Below are positions 26,384-39,062 of a stretch of DNA of 64,000 nt, in pieces. Location: positions 1 through 64,000 of the forward strand of contig MU626358.1 in the NCBI GenBank assembly GCA_025603075.1, read 5' to 3'. Position numbers and translations under genes: made by a program. Within the stretch, counting starts at the first letter, position 1. Each line of letters starts with the position of its first letter. The DNA is from Neoconidiobolus thromboides FSU 785. Its lineage: Eukaryota > Fungi > Entomophthoromycota. The notes under the pieces are model-generated. The model was not told where the DNA came from. It ran no database searches and was given only the letters and a program-made list of their open reading frames with translations.

Positions 26384-26488
26384 ATATGGGATGTGTTTTT
26401 TTGTTTAAGAATTTTACTACAATCTTTTCAATCAAATAGCGCTTAAAAAAATGGTAAAATAATGAAACTAAAAAAAACAGCCCTATAT
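26384..26488 (+). mobile_element. MITE-like element, copy 5
   Basis: Consensus match. Confidence 0.8.
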
Positions 26489-26694
26489 TTTTTTAACAAA
26501 TATAAAATTTTACAGTTAATGTAAATATAAATATAAATCAATAGTAATAAGGTATTAGTATTGTAGCTTATTATTAGGAACACAAAAAAATTAAAGATGA
26601 GAAAATTAAAATTATATAATGCTTATTAAACAATTTAACTATTTTGTCAATATTTAGTAAAAAAAGTAATAATAACAGATATTTATCAGATAGT

Positions 26695-26800
26695 ATATGG
26701 GGCTGTATTTTTTTGTTTGAAAGTTTTACTAACAAACTTTCCGCTTAAATAGCGCTTAAAAATGGAAAAAATAATGAAGTCAAAAAAAACACTCCCATAT
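26695..26800 (+). mobile_element. MITE-like element, copy 6
   Basis: Consensus match; ATAT on both flanks. Confidence 0.85.
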
Positions 26801-27072
26801 ATTAAACAAAAGTAAAAAAATAATACATAATAAATATTTTAATAGTTTAAAAGATAAGGTAGTAGTTAAATTAATATTATATATATATTAAGTAGCTTTA
26901 AAAATATAACAAAAAATGGATTTATACAACATATGTGCTGAGTATACAGTTAAAAAAAAGCTATTTGAAAATACAATGAATACAGTATAAAAAACAAAGC
27001 AAAAATAAATAAATCTTTTAATAAAAAAAGGGCTATATAAATTATATGAATTTTGTATTAATACTAAAAAAT

Positions 27073-27179
27073 ATATGGGGATGTATACTTTTGTTTAAAA
27101 AATTTACTAACAATCCTTCCGTTCAGATAGTACTTAAAAGATGAAAAAAGTGATGAAGCCAAAAAACATATCCCCATAT
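27073..27179 (+). mobile_element. MITE-like element, copy 7
   Basis: ATATGGGGATG...TCCCCATAT. Confidence 0.85.
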
Positions 27180-27710
27180 AATTTATTCACATATTGTAAC
27201 TTTGATTGATATTAATATATAGATTGTATTAGTAAAAGCCTTTCTAATCCAGGAATTTCCATAAACTATAATAAAAATTATGTTAACTTATAATGTAAAT
27301 TGTAATAAAATAATAAAATAATGTTATTTATTGTTATCTTTGTTTAATAAACTATAATTAAATTTTTTTAATTTTTGTAAACTTTTTATGAACTTTATTA
27401 AATTCAATTTAATGAATTTCATATTATGGTACTTATTATAAATTTAATTTATACTATGTTATAATAAACGGTATTATTTTAATGTATTTTTTAGAGAAAT
27501 TCTATTAAATTACTATTAAAAAAAGCTAATTGGGGAAACGAATTAAATAAATAAATACTTGGTTTTTTTATACTTATTTTACAGTATAACATGTGTTATA
27601 CTACTGAATTTATTAGCTTTTTAGATTTTACTTAAAAAATTTGTAAATGAATTATTTACTATCTATTATTTATTATTTATTATTTATTATTAATGAAATA
27701 AGCTTAAAAT

Positions 27711-27817
27711 ATATGGTGGTGTATTTTTATGTCTGAGAATTTTATTAAGAATTTTTCTGCTCAAATAGTGCTTAAAAGATGGAAAAAGTGATGAAATCAA
27801 AAAAAGCATACTCATAT
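27711..27817 (+). mobile_element. MITE-like element, copy 8
   Basis: Consensus match. Confidence 0.8.
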
Positions 27818-27841
27818 TTAAAAACAAAATTATTTAAAAAT

Positions 27842-27947
27842 ATATGGGGATGTTTTTTTTGGCTTCACTATTTTTTCCACTTTTAAGCGCTATTTAAATG
27901 GAAAATTTGTTAGTAAAATTCTCAAATACAAAAATACATCCCCATAT
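27842..27947 (-). mobile_element. MITE-like element, copy 9
   Basis: Perfect ATATGGGGATGT TIRs. Confidence 0.85.
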
Positions 27948-28199
27948 GCTAATGCTATGAGTTATATTAAATTATTTCTTAAATAATTATTTTGGGCTTT
28001 AAGTTTTTTAACTAAACTGTTTATATATACATTTATAATTATAAAAACCTGAGTTTTGTTATAAAAAACATTAATAAATATATAATTTATCAAATCAAAT
28101 ATATTTTAACTTATATATAATAAAAGCAGTTTAAAAGCTTTATATAAAATTATCCTATATTTATTTAACATTTTCAAAAATAGTATAATTATTAATAAT

Positions 28200-28304
28200 A
28201 TATGGGAATGTTTTTTTTGATTTCATTACCTTTCCATTTTTTAAACGCTATTTGAGTGGATAAGTGCTAGTAAAATTCTCAAACACAAAAATACATCCCC
28301 ATAT
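28200..28304 (-). mobile_element. MITE-like element, copy 10
   Basis: Consensus match. Confidence 0.85.
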
Positions 28305-28499
28305 TGTTAATATTAAGAAAAAGTTCTATTTAAATTTGCATTATAAGTATTAAGTTAGCAATATTTAATTTACAATGCTATTTTTTTTTGATCAAAGTTA
28401 TATTTGATTTTAATGTTTATCTATTAAATTCTATATTAAAATACTGTTTTTTGATTTAGTAATTTCGTACCAAAGTTTTTAAATTATGTGTTAGGTAAT

Positions 28500-28594
28500 A
28501 AATGGACAAATTTTAGGAATCTGGATTAGGAATCTGGATTAGGAATTTGAGACCTTTTGAATTCCAGTATTTGTCTTACAAACTTTGTCCATTT
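28500..28594. repeat. 95 bp unit with 11 bp inverted ends and an internal tandem repeat
   Basis: AAATGGACAAA...TTTGTCCATTT enclosing GGAATCTGGATTA x2. Confidence 0.45.
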
Positions 28595-28677
28595 TTAACT
28601 CATTTGAAAATTAGAAAAAAATAATGAAAATTATTCTAGTTGAAGACTTTCAACCTTAATTATTTTAAAAAATACAA

Positions 28678-30371
28678 ATGAGTTTCGACCACTTTAGCAA
28701 ACAAACAAAAGACATCAATGATATCAGAAAAGAAGATTTAGGATCTAATGAAATATTGGGAGATAATGAAAACATTAATGATGTTAGTAATGACAATGGA
28801 ATAGAAAGTAACCTTATTAACTAAAAACAAATTTACTGAAGTTAATAATTGTTTAGATTGTATAGAGAAACAACAGGGTTTATCTAAAAATAAAGAATTA
28901 GAAAAAAATTATAGTGAAGACAATAAAGGTGAAAACGAAAGTAAAAAAAATAGAGTTAATAAAATAGAAAGTAATTTACTTACAATAAATAAAAATGGTT
29001 GAATTTAATTAAGCAATTTGTAGAAATCAATGACGGTTTAAGCACAGATGATAGTAAAACAGATTATTCCAGTTTAACAAGTTTGGCTTCAGATATAGAA
29101 GAAGAAAAAGAAATGATTAAAGAATTAAAAGAAGAAGATATTGATAAGATATTAGATACTATCGATACTAGTTTTTTAAAACAAGCTTGGATTAAGTTGT
29201 TGAAAGGATTTTTAGAAAAGGTAAGAAATTTACTGTTTTTTAGCTGTTATTGATTGTTGATTAATGAGAAATCAAATTAGATGAATTTAACTCAAACAGC
29301 TAAAGTATTTGAAACCGAATTATTAGTTGTACCTAAATTTATTTTAGATGATATATCACCTAATTTAAATCAATTATTAAATGGGTTTAAGGTAAATTTG
29401 ATATATATAAATCCGAATTGTTAAATGTTAAGCAAGAGTTCATTATAGGAAATTACCCAATTAAATAGTATATTACAACAAGAAGAATGGAATAATGAAC
29501 AAAGTAAATAGTGTTATGTTTGTTGTGTTGTTAAGGGTTTTTATTTATTTTTTTAGATCAAAAAAATAGTACTTTTGAACCTAAATCTAATGTTCAAATT
29601 AAAGCTGATGATGTAGAAGTAAGAATTTATATTAATAGAAAATAATAGAATAATAAAACAAATGATAAATTATAGGTTAATAATCGAATTGAGACATTTA
29701 TACAACATAAACGTAAAAGAGTGGATCAAAGTAATCGAGAAGAATTTTTAGAAAGCAGTAAAACATATTTAAATGAGAAGGGTAATTAGTTTAAATATTA
29801 AAATTATAAAATAAATTGTTTGATTTGACTATTTTAGGCTTTGAAGTCTCATGTGCCAGAACAGATGCAGCCAAAATTAATCGAAATTTACAAATGCGAG
29901 TTGATGTAGTTGTCAACAAAGATGGTCCATTGAAACAGACAGTAAATAAAGAAACAACTATAGAAGTTAATGGAAACAGAAACAAAAGTATTAATTTAAT
30001 AGAAAGAATCGAAAATTTAGAAGAGCATTTAAATTTGAAATATCAAGGTAAGTTGATATTTTTAATATTTAGGATGAGGATTAATAAATTATTATAGGGA
30101 GTAATAAGAATGGAAATAATTGGAATTTAATAGATCGTATTATGGCAGTAGAATTAAAAATCATGGAATTAGAAAGACAGTTACCTACGTGGTCAGCTCT
30201 CAATTTTAAACAACCAAATAGAAAAGTAACGATTTATTAGCTATTTATTTCTAATAATAATTGATATTTATAATAAATTGTTAGTTCCCACCGCCACCAC
30301 CAGTAACTTATGTATTAAAAGAAAAAGGACAAGTATTATTATCGTCTAAGCCTAATTCTAATGAAAACTAA
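28678..30371 (+). CDS. MBIP (MAP3K12-binding inhibitory protein)-like protein, multi-exon
   Basis: Spliced motifs VNNRIETFIQHKRKRVDQSNREEF, SCARTDA, IERIENLEEHLNL and RIMAVELKIMELE match MBIP from memory. Confidence 0.7.
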
Positions 30372-30561
30372 TTAATTATATTAAAAATATATTTGGTTTA
30401 TAGATTTTATATACATATTTCATTTTCAACTTAATTACATTTATTTTTTAGCTATATAAAATTCATTAAATTGACCAATTAAAAAGATTTTCAATTATTA
30501 AATGAATTTTGAATAAAATTTCAATTTTAATTTTTTTAATAAATTTTTAAAATTCATATTC

Positions 30562-32489
30562 ATGTCTTTAATAACAGATTCGGATTATTTAATCTATAAG
30601 TTGAAATTAACACAGTTGACCAATAATCAAAATAATTTATCAAAATTAATAAAAATTGATAATAATAAAATAAAAGAGAATGATTATTTATTATTAGATA
30701 CTTCAACTCATAATATTACTTACTCAACTTCTCCAGATATTATACCTTCATTGCCTTTTTCCCCAAAACCGTTGATTAATAAAAGATTTATTAGAAAAGA
30801 AGAATTCAATTTAAAAGAAGGAGATAAGTTAATAAATAATAAAAATTCAGATTCAACAAATAACAATAATAATAATAATAATAATAATAATGATTTATTA
30901 TCCGAAGAAGACGATGATGACGATGATATTGATTTAGATTATGACGAAGTTAATCAAGAGTAATAATAATATTTAATAATATTTAAAAAATAATTAACCC
31001 TTTTAATTTTAATATTAATATAGTATTAAGCCCAAACATATATTTAAGGAAGCTCCTCAGAATTCACTAAAACCTAAAAATTTAAATAGGAAATTTTCAG
31101 GTGCTAATTTGGCTGCAAGTAATGCTTTATTACCCCCAGCTATACCACGACCAAAATCAAGAATGAGGTCGTTATCCAGTTCTTCCTTAGCTAATGGAGA
31201 AACAAAAGAAATAACTAATACTTCAACATCACCATTAAAATTTAATACAACATTAAAACTTCAACAACGTAAAACAAATGTCCCAATATCTTTATTGAGT
31301 AAAATGTTAAAAGTAAATTCCAATAGTTTACAAAATCCATTTCTTAATGATTATGGTGGATTTACTGGTAAAGGAGAGCAAAATCCAATAAATTTAAATA
31401 TTTATTTACCTAATTCAAATGAGCCTTTAACTCCCCTTAAAGTTTGTGTCAAGAGAAACGCTACAGTGGAGCAGGTTATTGGCTATTCATTATACTTATA
31501 TTTTGATTTAAAAATGGAACCAGAGTTAGAAGAGCATCTGTATTTGATTTGTAACTGGACAATGTTGATTGCTGAAGATGATGGTACTATTGATGAAGAT
31601 TTTCCAGGTAAAATTGTTATCAATATTATTTATTTAATAGTTTAATTTTGAATTATTAGCTTTAGAAAGAACACGACAAATTGAAAAATTTGCATTTGAT
31701 TGTTTTGCATTATGTCAAGTACCTTCAAATCAATTAAAATACCCAGAAGTTAAATTAAGTCAAGAGGTTCAAAAAAATAAAGCATCGCCTAATATGGAAG
31801 TTAAATCATTATCTAATGAACTCAATAGTAATAATAATAATAATTCACAAGAAAATCATCAGTTAATTAAAATACAATTATTTAATCAAAAAGGAGCATT
31901 ACATACAACAACATTAAATATAGGTTCAAATACAACTCTATATTCAGTTCAACAAATTGTATGTAAAAAATGGAATTTAGAATTAATGGATTATGAATTA
32001 ACATCTACTCAAGCTAAACATCCATTAGAACAACAAGCTACGTTAGAATCTTTATTAGGTATTACCGAATTATCTTTGATTCGAAAAAATGTTATATCAA
32101 AAGATAGCAATTCTATATTACCATTTACACCTCAATCAGCAGCAGCTAATATTTATAAAAAGTATATAGTATTAAGAAGAATGCCTATGTTTGTAAATAA
32201 ACAAGAAAGAGTATTAATTATTGATGGATATTATATTTATTTACTAATTAGTGAAGGTAATGTGGGCAAATTTGGTATGGATGTTTTAGCTAAAAATTCA
32301 TCATATCATGTGAGTTCTTTAATGAGTTGTAGACAATCAAATAAAGTTAGAAGAAGAGTTAAAATTACATTTAATAGATCTCATGATCATAAAATTTATG
32401 ACCTGGAAACAGAATCACCCGAGGTTGCTGAAGAAATTGTAACAAATTTACTGTTTTTAAAAGATTGTTTAAAAAACGATAGGAATTAA
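30562..32489 (+). CDS. AVO1: TORC2 subunit Sin1/Avo1 (MAPKAP1), 3 exons
   Basis: N-terminal MSLITDSDYLIYKLK, CRIM domain (NPF..YGGFTGKGE, ATVEQVIGYSLYLY) and C-terminal PH domain (YKKYIVLRRMPMF...ERVLIIDG). Confidence 0.88.
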
Positions 32490-32636
32490 CTAGTGAAAGA
32501 TTAAATAAATGTTTTATTAAATGCGGAGTAAATTATAATTGTTCGTTTGGCTGGGCCAAAATAAAAAATAAAAAATAAAAAATAAACATTTATTTATTTT
32601 ATTATTTTATTATTTTATTATTAATAAATTGCTTTC

Positions 32637-34281
32637 TTATACTACATTTGAAGTATAATAAGCACCTACCATCATAGCTAGTAATACTAAAGTAATTGTT
32701 AAGGTAGTATTAGATTGTAATTGTTGCTTATTGTATTGATTAAAACCAATTAATAATCGATTTTTTAATATGGAATAATTTAAAATAAATTCTTGTTTAC
32801 TTGATAATGATAAAAATTCATTAAAATTTAATATTGCAGAACTAGAATAATTATATATTTAATTAATATATTAATAGGAATAAACTTACTTTTGATTTAA
32901 TATCAATTCATTGTAATTATTATTTATTAACTGATCAAATGGTAATTGTTGATATAATAAGCTTGTTTTACTTATTAACTCTTCAATATCGATTATATTG
33001 TTATTATCGTTGTTACTATTTGTTATATTTTTCATTAAATTAGTTAAATAAGTATGTACAATTGGCATATCCGGCTCTAAATTTAAAATTTCATTTCTAT
33101 AATGAAGTATTAACTAACAATAATATAAATAATGTTTGATTAATTTTTATAATGTAATTAATTTACCACACAAGCTAAGTAAATTGGCATTTCAGGTGAT
33201 GTTGCTAAATAAAAATCTAATAATCTAGAACATAAATTCCAATCTTTAATATCATGACATCCCCATGTAATTAGCCAACTTAAAGCAAAATAATTTGGAA
33301 TTTCTAAACTAAAATAATAATCAATATGTTATTATACTATTGTTATTATTTCCTATTGTTTTTTTTACTTACTCTGTTATAAAATTATATAATTGTTGAT
33401 CTTTTAATTTTAATAATTCAAATAAACAATTTAGTTGTTTTTTAACGGGTATTAAATCAATACCCATATAGTCTAATAAATAATAATAACTTAAATGATA
33501 GATAGATTTGATACTATTTCTAATAATAAAATTATTATTATTATTATTATTATCAATTGATACTCACTTTGGTCCTAAATTTAATAAAATTACGCTCGCA
33601 ATGTCATGAAATCCCTATAAAATAAATATCAACTATTAAATTTAACTCTACTTTAATTTACTTGATAATAATTTAATAAGGGTTCCATTTTGAATAATTT
33701 AATCAATAAAACTTCCAATTGTTTTTTTAATACTTCTCTTTCACTACTTGTTATATCTGTCAAAAATCAATCATTAATGCTTTTATACAACTATTTTATT
33801 ATAAATAAATTGAAATTCATTACCTTGATTAAATTGAGTAAAACTTCTTTCAACATCTAGTTTAATTTGTTCGTCAAATGGACTTTTAATATCTTTAAGT
33901 GAAATAAAAAATATTTTTAATTTTTAAATCCAGATTTATAACCTTCTATCTTACTTTTATCATAACTTAATTTGGGTATATGATTAACTTTTAATAACAA
34001 AGGCCTATTAAATAATCCATTTTAATTAACTAACTTTGATTCATTAAAACTACTTATTAAACTTACCAAACTCTACTTCTATTTTTTTTATTTAATAACC
34101 CTCCTTTTTTTATAGCCAAATTCTTTAATTCTTGTACATCAACTAGTTTTATTGAGTCCAAAATCTCCATTTGTTTTTGTTTGTATTCCTTTAATTCTTG
34201 GTAATCGCCAGAATTTAATATTGATTTTGTAGTCAGAGGCTTCTTTTTTTTGCTTTCTTTTCTTGAAGTTGTGATCGTCAT
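32637..34281 (-). CDS. GYP8: TBC-domain Rab GAP, TBC1D20/Gyp8-like, with a C-terminal TM anchor, multi-exon
   Basis: Motifs GGLLNKKNRSRVW, QIKLDVERSF, QGFHDIASV and FALSWLITWGCHD; hydrophobic C-terminus LTITLVLLAMMVGAYY. Confidence 0.85.
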
Positions 34282-34910
34282 TAATGTTTTAAAAGTGCTA
34301 AAAATAATAAAGGAATTTAATATTTGTATTTTTTATAAAATATAAATATAGTTTGCTTCTCACTTTTTATAAAAAACAAGCTGGTTTTTATTATTAATCA
34401 AAAAGAATACGAAGATAAAATTGAAATTGATAAGTTTCTATATTAAATGTTACTTAAAAAAATGGCTATTATCTTTATTATAAAGTTAAACATACTTATT
34501 CCTTTATATAGTTTTGTTTACTCTCCCTTACTCCTGTCTAATCATTAACAGTTTTATTACGTGGTTTCATTCAATAGGCTGTGTTAAAAATTTCATTTTA
34601 AATTATTAGTTTTAAAATGAACAACTGCTTTTTATTAAATGTTAGCAAATTGAAAAGGCAAAATAAAACTCGATAAAACAAAGTGAAAGGAATTAGGATA
34701 GTTCTATATTATAATATTAAGTGAAATAAGCATAAGTAAAAAAAGTCAAAATATTTCAATTAAAGATTGAAACTTTGAATATTTCAAATTGAAACAATTC
34801 CATTGATTAATTTTGAGTTTTTTGTAAACCAGATCTAGTTTATTTGATGTTTTGATTAATTTGAATTGATTGCCACATCTATTTTTAAGAAGTTACAAGT
34901 TTAAGTCATA

Positions 34911-36095
34911 ATGGAAGAAGTAACAAACAATGAGTACATTAAGTCATTAATGGATAATAATAATTATATGTTTGATATAATAAGTGTAGCAACTAAAAAT
35001 CAAATATGGGAATTAAAAATAGTTCAAAAAAAGGGTACCAAGGAAGTAGGAAAAGATTTAAACATCAGTAATAAAGCTGTAAGATATACTATTGGCTCAG
35101 AAATATTTCGATTGAGAAAGGCTGTGCATGAGGAAAATGTAAACGTAGAAGATGAGATTAAATTAAAAAATTTATACGATGAAAGGATTAAAAAAATAAA
35201 TGAAAAGATCAAAAAAGAGTTGTGTAAATTAGTAATTGAACAGGTAGTAAATATAGAAGCAGCAGCTGAACAATTATCGATTGGTTGTGGGATTGCTAAA
35301 TACATTATTTATCAACAAAAAAAGATATCAATGAAAGGTAAAGATACAAGAGAAGTCCATCAAAAGAAGGATATTAAATTAAAAGAAAAAATTAAACAAA
35401 TCTATAATAGTATTAGTGAAAAGGCTAAGCATCAAGTATGGGAATTAGCAATTGTTCAAAGGAAGCGTATGGAAGAAATGGAAAGGGAACTATGCTTTTG
35501 TAATAAACTTATACTTTATATACTTCTTGAAGAATTACAACGACTAAAAAAAGCAATAATTGATGGAAACATAAGTATCGAAGATGAGATAAAATACAAA
35601 AGGGTAATTGATCAAGATTCTAGAAAGTTAAATGATGATTCTAGAAAAAAGTTATGGGAATTAGTAATTGTACAAGGACTATCTTGTAAAGAAGCAGGTA
35701 AAGAATTGTCTATTGCTTGTGATATTGTTGAGTATGTTATTTATCAACAAAAAAAGGAATTGACAGAAGTTAATGAAGTAAGAGAAGTCAAACAAGATGG
35801 AGATAGTAAATCGAAAGGAAGGATCGCTCAAAGTTATAATAAAATAAGCAATGATAATAAGAAAAAGTTATTTGAAGTAGTGAATAATCAGCAAATGAGT
35901 TTAAAAGAAGCAGCAGAAAAATTTTGTATCAAATATAGTACAGCTGGAACCATTATATTTAATGAAAGAAAGAGATTGAGAGAAGCTACAAAAGTAGGGG
36001 AAGTGAACATTAAAGATAATAAAGCCAATGAATCAGTGAATATAAAAGATAGTCAAAAGTTTATTAAATTAAATAACAAAGTTAAAGAAGCTTAA
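34911..36095 (+). CDS. Intronless protein with five tandem helix-turn-helix-like modules (transposase-type HTH, no catalytic domain seen)
   Basis: 394 aa ORF with internal ~145 aa duplication. The last module YNKISNDNKKKLFEVV..QQMSLKEAAEKFCIKYSTAGTII is a typical Tc1/CENP-B-like HTH. Confidence 0.65.
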   Translation: MEEVTNNEYIKSLMDNNNYMFDIISVATKNQIWELKIVQKKGTKEVGKDLNISNKAVRYTIGSEIFRLRKAVHEENVNVEDEIKLKNLYDERIKKINEKIKKELCKLVIEQVVNIEAAAEQLSIGCGIAKYIIYQQKKISMKGKDTREVHQKKDIKLKEKIKQIYNSISEKAKHQVWELAIVQRKRMEEMERELCFCNKLILYILLEELQRLKKAIIDGNISIEDEIKYKRVIDQDSRKLNDDSRKKLWELVIVQGLSCKEAGKELSIACDIVEYVIYQQKKELTEVNEVREVKQDGDSKSKGRIAQSYNKISNDNKKKLFEVVNNQQMSLKEAAEKFCIKYSTAGTIIFNERKRLREATKVGEVNIKDNKANESVNIKDSQKFIKLNNKVKEA

Positions 36096-36764
36096 TAATT
36101 AATGATAAGGGGTTATCGAAATGTACACAAATAAAATAGCAGCATAGTTCCTATCAATTATTTTGAAATAAATGTATATAAAAGGTTATTAAAACAAAGT
36201 ATAAAATCCATAAAATAGGATTTATTTTTGTGTTTGTGTAATTTTAATTAATGTGTAGTTTTAATGTGCTAATTTTCAATCAGTTTTATAAAAATTATTT
36301 TTATTTTTGAATTGATTTTCTATTTTATTCTCACTCTGAATGTGAATTTTCTTTCTTCTTTGTATTTAAGCTGTTCTCAAAGTACGATTAATTTATCTAC
36401 ATTATCATCATTACTTGTGCTGTATAGACTTTGAGTTATGATATCAACAAACTACACTAAAAATCTATTAAAACCTTGCTATTTACTGTTCCCTTGGGTG
36501 AATGTTAAGAGCTTTTATTTAAAGAATTACTTCATATCTATCACTAGATTCAAAATATCCTTATTACAGTAAATTTTTTAACATGGATTTGACGCTGATA
36601 ATTAATGCAATTAGCAAAGTTCTTTTATAATACTTTACTTCCTTGCTTCTCAACTGTAGTGGTTTAAAAAATTCTTCAAACCGTGTCTTTCATTTGAACA
36701 AATAATCTAAAAATCATATTTCTAGAAACAAGTTTATAATTTTAAATTTTTTAACATAGATTAG

Positions 36765-36868
36765 ATATGGGGATGTATTTTTTGTTCAAGAATTTTACTA
36801 ATAATCTTTCCGCTCAAATAATATTTAAAAATAGAGAAAGTGATAAAATCAAAAAAACACCCTCACGT
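36765..36868 (+). mobile_element. MITE-like element, copy 11
   Basis: Consensus match. Confidence 0.8.
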
Positions 36869-37092
36869 GTTGTTTTAAAAGCAGAAAACTAATATTCAGG
36901 TTTGTTTTAACGCCAAAGTTGCTTGTCACTTCTAAATTATTATTTACTTTGATTTCACCTGTCCATCTCTCTAAGAATGCTTCTTACATCGTTTTTTATT
37001 CTTATTTCCTCTTAAATCATTTAGTTTCATTTTATTTTAAAGAATTTTTAATTGTAGTACTTGAGATTTTTTTATAAAATTGAAAGTTAAAA

Positions 37093-37479
37093 ATGGATCA
37101 AGAAAATCAAAAAAATGAAGAAACAACAACTGCATTTAGATCCCATCAGGATTTTCACGTTAAAGTAAACAGATTGATATTAAGTATTGAAATTAGTAGA
37201 GTATTAACCCTTAATAACTAGGTAGAAGACGGGCTCAAGAACTTGGTAATGAAATTAAGATTAATTAAATCAAGATTACTAATCGATCCTCAATTTGTAG
37301 CAACATAAGATCATGGATATGAATACAAATATACAAACTAAATGTAAGTTTTGTTTAATTTTTATTGAGCTTATATTTAAGATGATTCTTCCTTTATAGT
37401 ACAAGAGATGGAATCTAGATTACATTATTTGGAAAATATTTATAAAGAAAATCAACCAAAAGCTGAAGAACAACAATAG
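37093..37479 (+). pseudogene. Possible small gene or pseudogene
   Basis: Exon-like purine-rich segments (MDQENQKNEETTTAF...; DDSSFIVQEMESRLHYLE...) with GT-AG signals, but in-frame stops under the obvious splicing. Confidence 0.25.
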
Positions 37480-38041
37480 AGTAATCTTCATATGATAAAA
37501 TTCATTAAAGGCTCTTTATATTTTTAATGCACTTTGATAACGATTGGCTGAGAATTTTAATTATTAAAGCTATTATTTTGAAGTTAAGAATTTTTTTAAT
37601 GATTTTATGATAAATAATATTGAGACCTTATAGTTGTATTTTTTATTGAAACTGTAATCTGTTTAATAAATACATATTATCATTCTCTAATTTATTTGAA
37701 TATTTTCAATTACGTAACAGCATCAATTCAATATTAGTCTAAACAATCTAATAAAGTCATAGTAAAGTTTTAGTCTTATTACTTTATATCTCTCTTAGCC
37801 ATACTAATAATGGAATATTATTGGTCTACATCAATATAATATTATTCTTGTTTAATGGGATACTATATATATAACTACTGTAGAATAACATCAAAACTTT
37901 TAGATAAATCGCAATAATAAAGCTATAACCTCAAGGACAGGAAAGCTACAAACACAGCACAAAAAAGCACTTATCATTCAATTTTAAAAAACAACAATAA
38001 ATTAATAACTCACAATAGTTAAAAACAAAATTTATTCAAAC

Positions 38042-38440
38042 TTAAGCTAATAAAGCTTTAACTTTAGAAGCACCTGAAGAAGAGGTAAAATCATCACAAC
38101 CACCGATATGTTGACCTTTAACGAACACATTTGGTACAGTACGCTGTTTAGTTAAATCTAATAAATAAGATTGGATTTCACTACCGTCATCTACAATTTA
38201 AATTTAAAAACTAAAATAGCAAATTAATATTCCAACTTACCACGGGTATCTAATTCAATTACTTCAACAGGAGCTCCGAGGGTGCTAGCGAATTGCTTGG
38301 CCTTGGTACAGTATGGGCAGTAGGTCTTAGAGAAGATCTATAGCGTGTAATTAAGATTAATAGTTTACTATAAAAATAATAAAACTTACAACAATAGTAC
38401 CACTTGAAATAGCACGATCAACAAGAGCTTTGACGGACAT
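38042..38440 (-). CDS. GRX1: Dithiol glutaredoxin (CPYC), 3 exons; missed by the ORF track
   Basis: Manual translation IFSKTYCPYCTKAK...QRTVPNVFVKGQHIGGCDD. Confidence 0.93.
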
Positions 38441-39062
38441 CTGAGAGTGTGTTAGTACTTACATTATTTTATCTTTTTATTTTACTTTTACTTTTATTTA
38501 TTCAATTATTACAAATTAATAAAGCTTATTAACAAAGTTAATTTTTTCTTTAAATACTTGGAAGTTGATGCTTAGGTCATTATGAATTGTAGCCAATTAA
38601 TTTCGATTAGTAATTGAATTTAGGATAAACTTTAGGTATTGCTCAAAATGGAAGGATTATTATCACAAAAGTTTAAAATAAGGTAAAGATTTCAAATTTT
38701 GGAATGTTAGTATTTTGTTGAGTTTTATTAAGCTATGTTTAGTTTGTAGTTTATTTTTACTGATTGCTGTAAGATGAGCTATATATGTTGAAATGAATAT
38801 TATAGTATTAAGTGATTTATATGAAAAACAATAATAAATATTGTATAAAATAATACAAAAAACATATAACTATGAAACAAACGATCCATCCAAGTAGCTA
38901 TTTGAATAATCTCAAAAAAACATTAGCAACGCATAAAGTAAAATATAAGCTTGAAATAAAAAAGTAAAAATACTCAATACTAGCTCTTTCAATAACATTT
39001 TTAGTAAATTAAATGTACTCAGCTTGATGACAATATTTTAACTTTGTTTCTATTCTTGCTCA

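Noticed and set aside
25438-28304. Repeat cluster read as a CRISPR array
   Set aside because: Repeats are ~105 bp, in both orientations and irregularly spaced, with TIRs. The genome is eukaryotic and no cas genes are present.
24187-28500. CENP-Q-like gene next to the AT-rich island taken as evidence for a centromere
   Set aside because: The location of a kinetochore gene says nothing about centromere position; coincidence.
38441-38462. Apparent 22-nt intron GTAAGT-ACTAAC-...CAG directly before the glutaredoxin ATG
   Set aside because: Donor and branch point are adjacent, too close for lariat formation. It is more likely the 3' end of a longer 5' UTR intron using an upstream donor.
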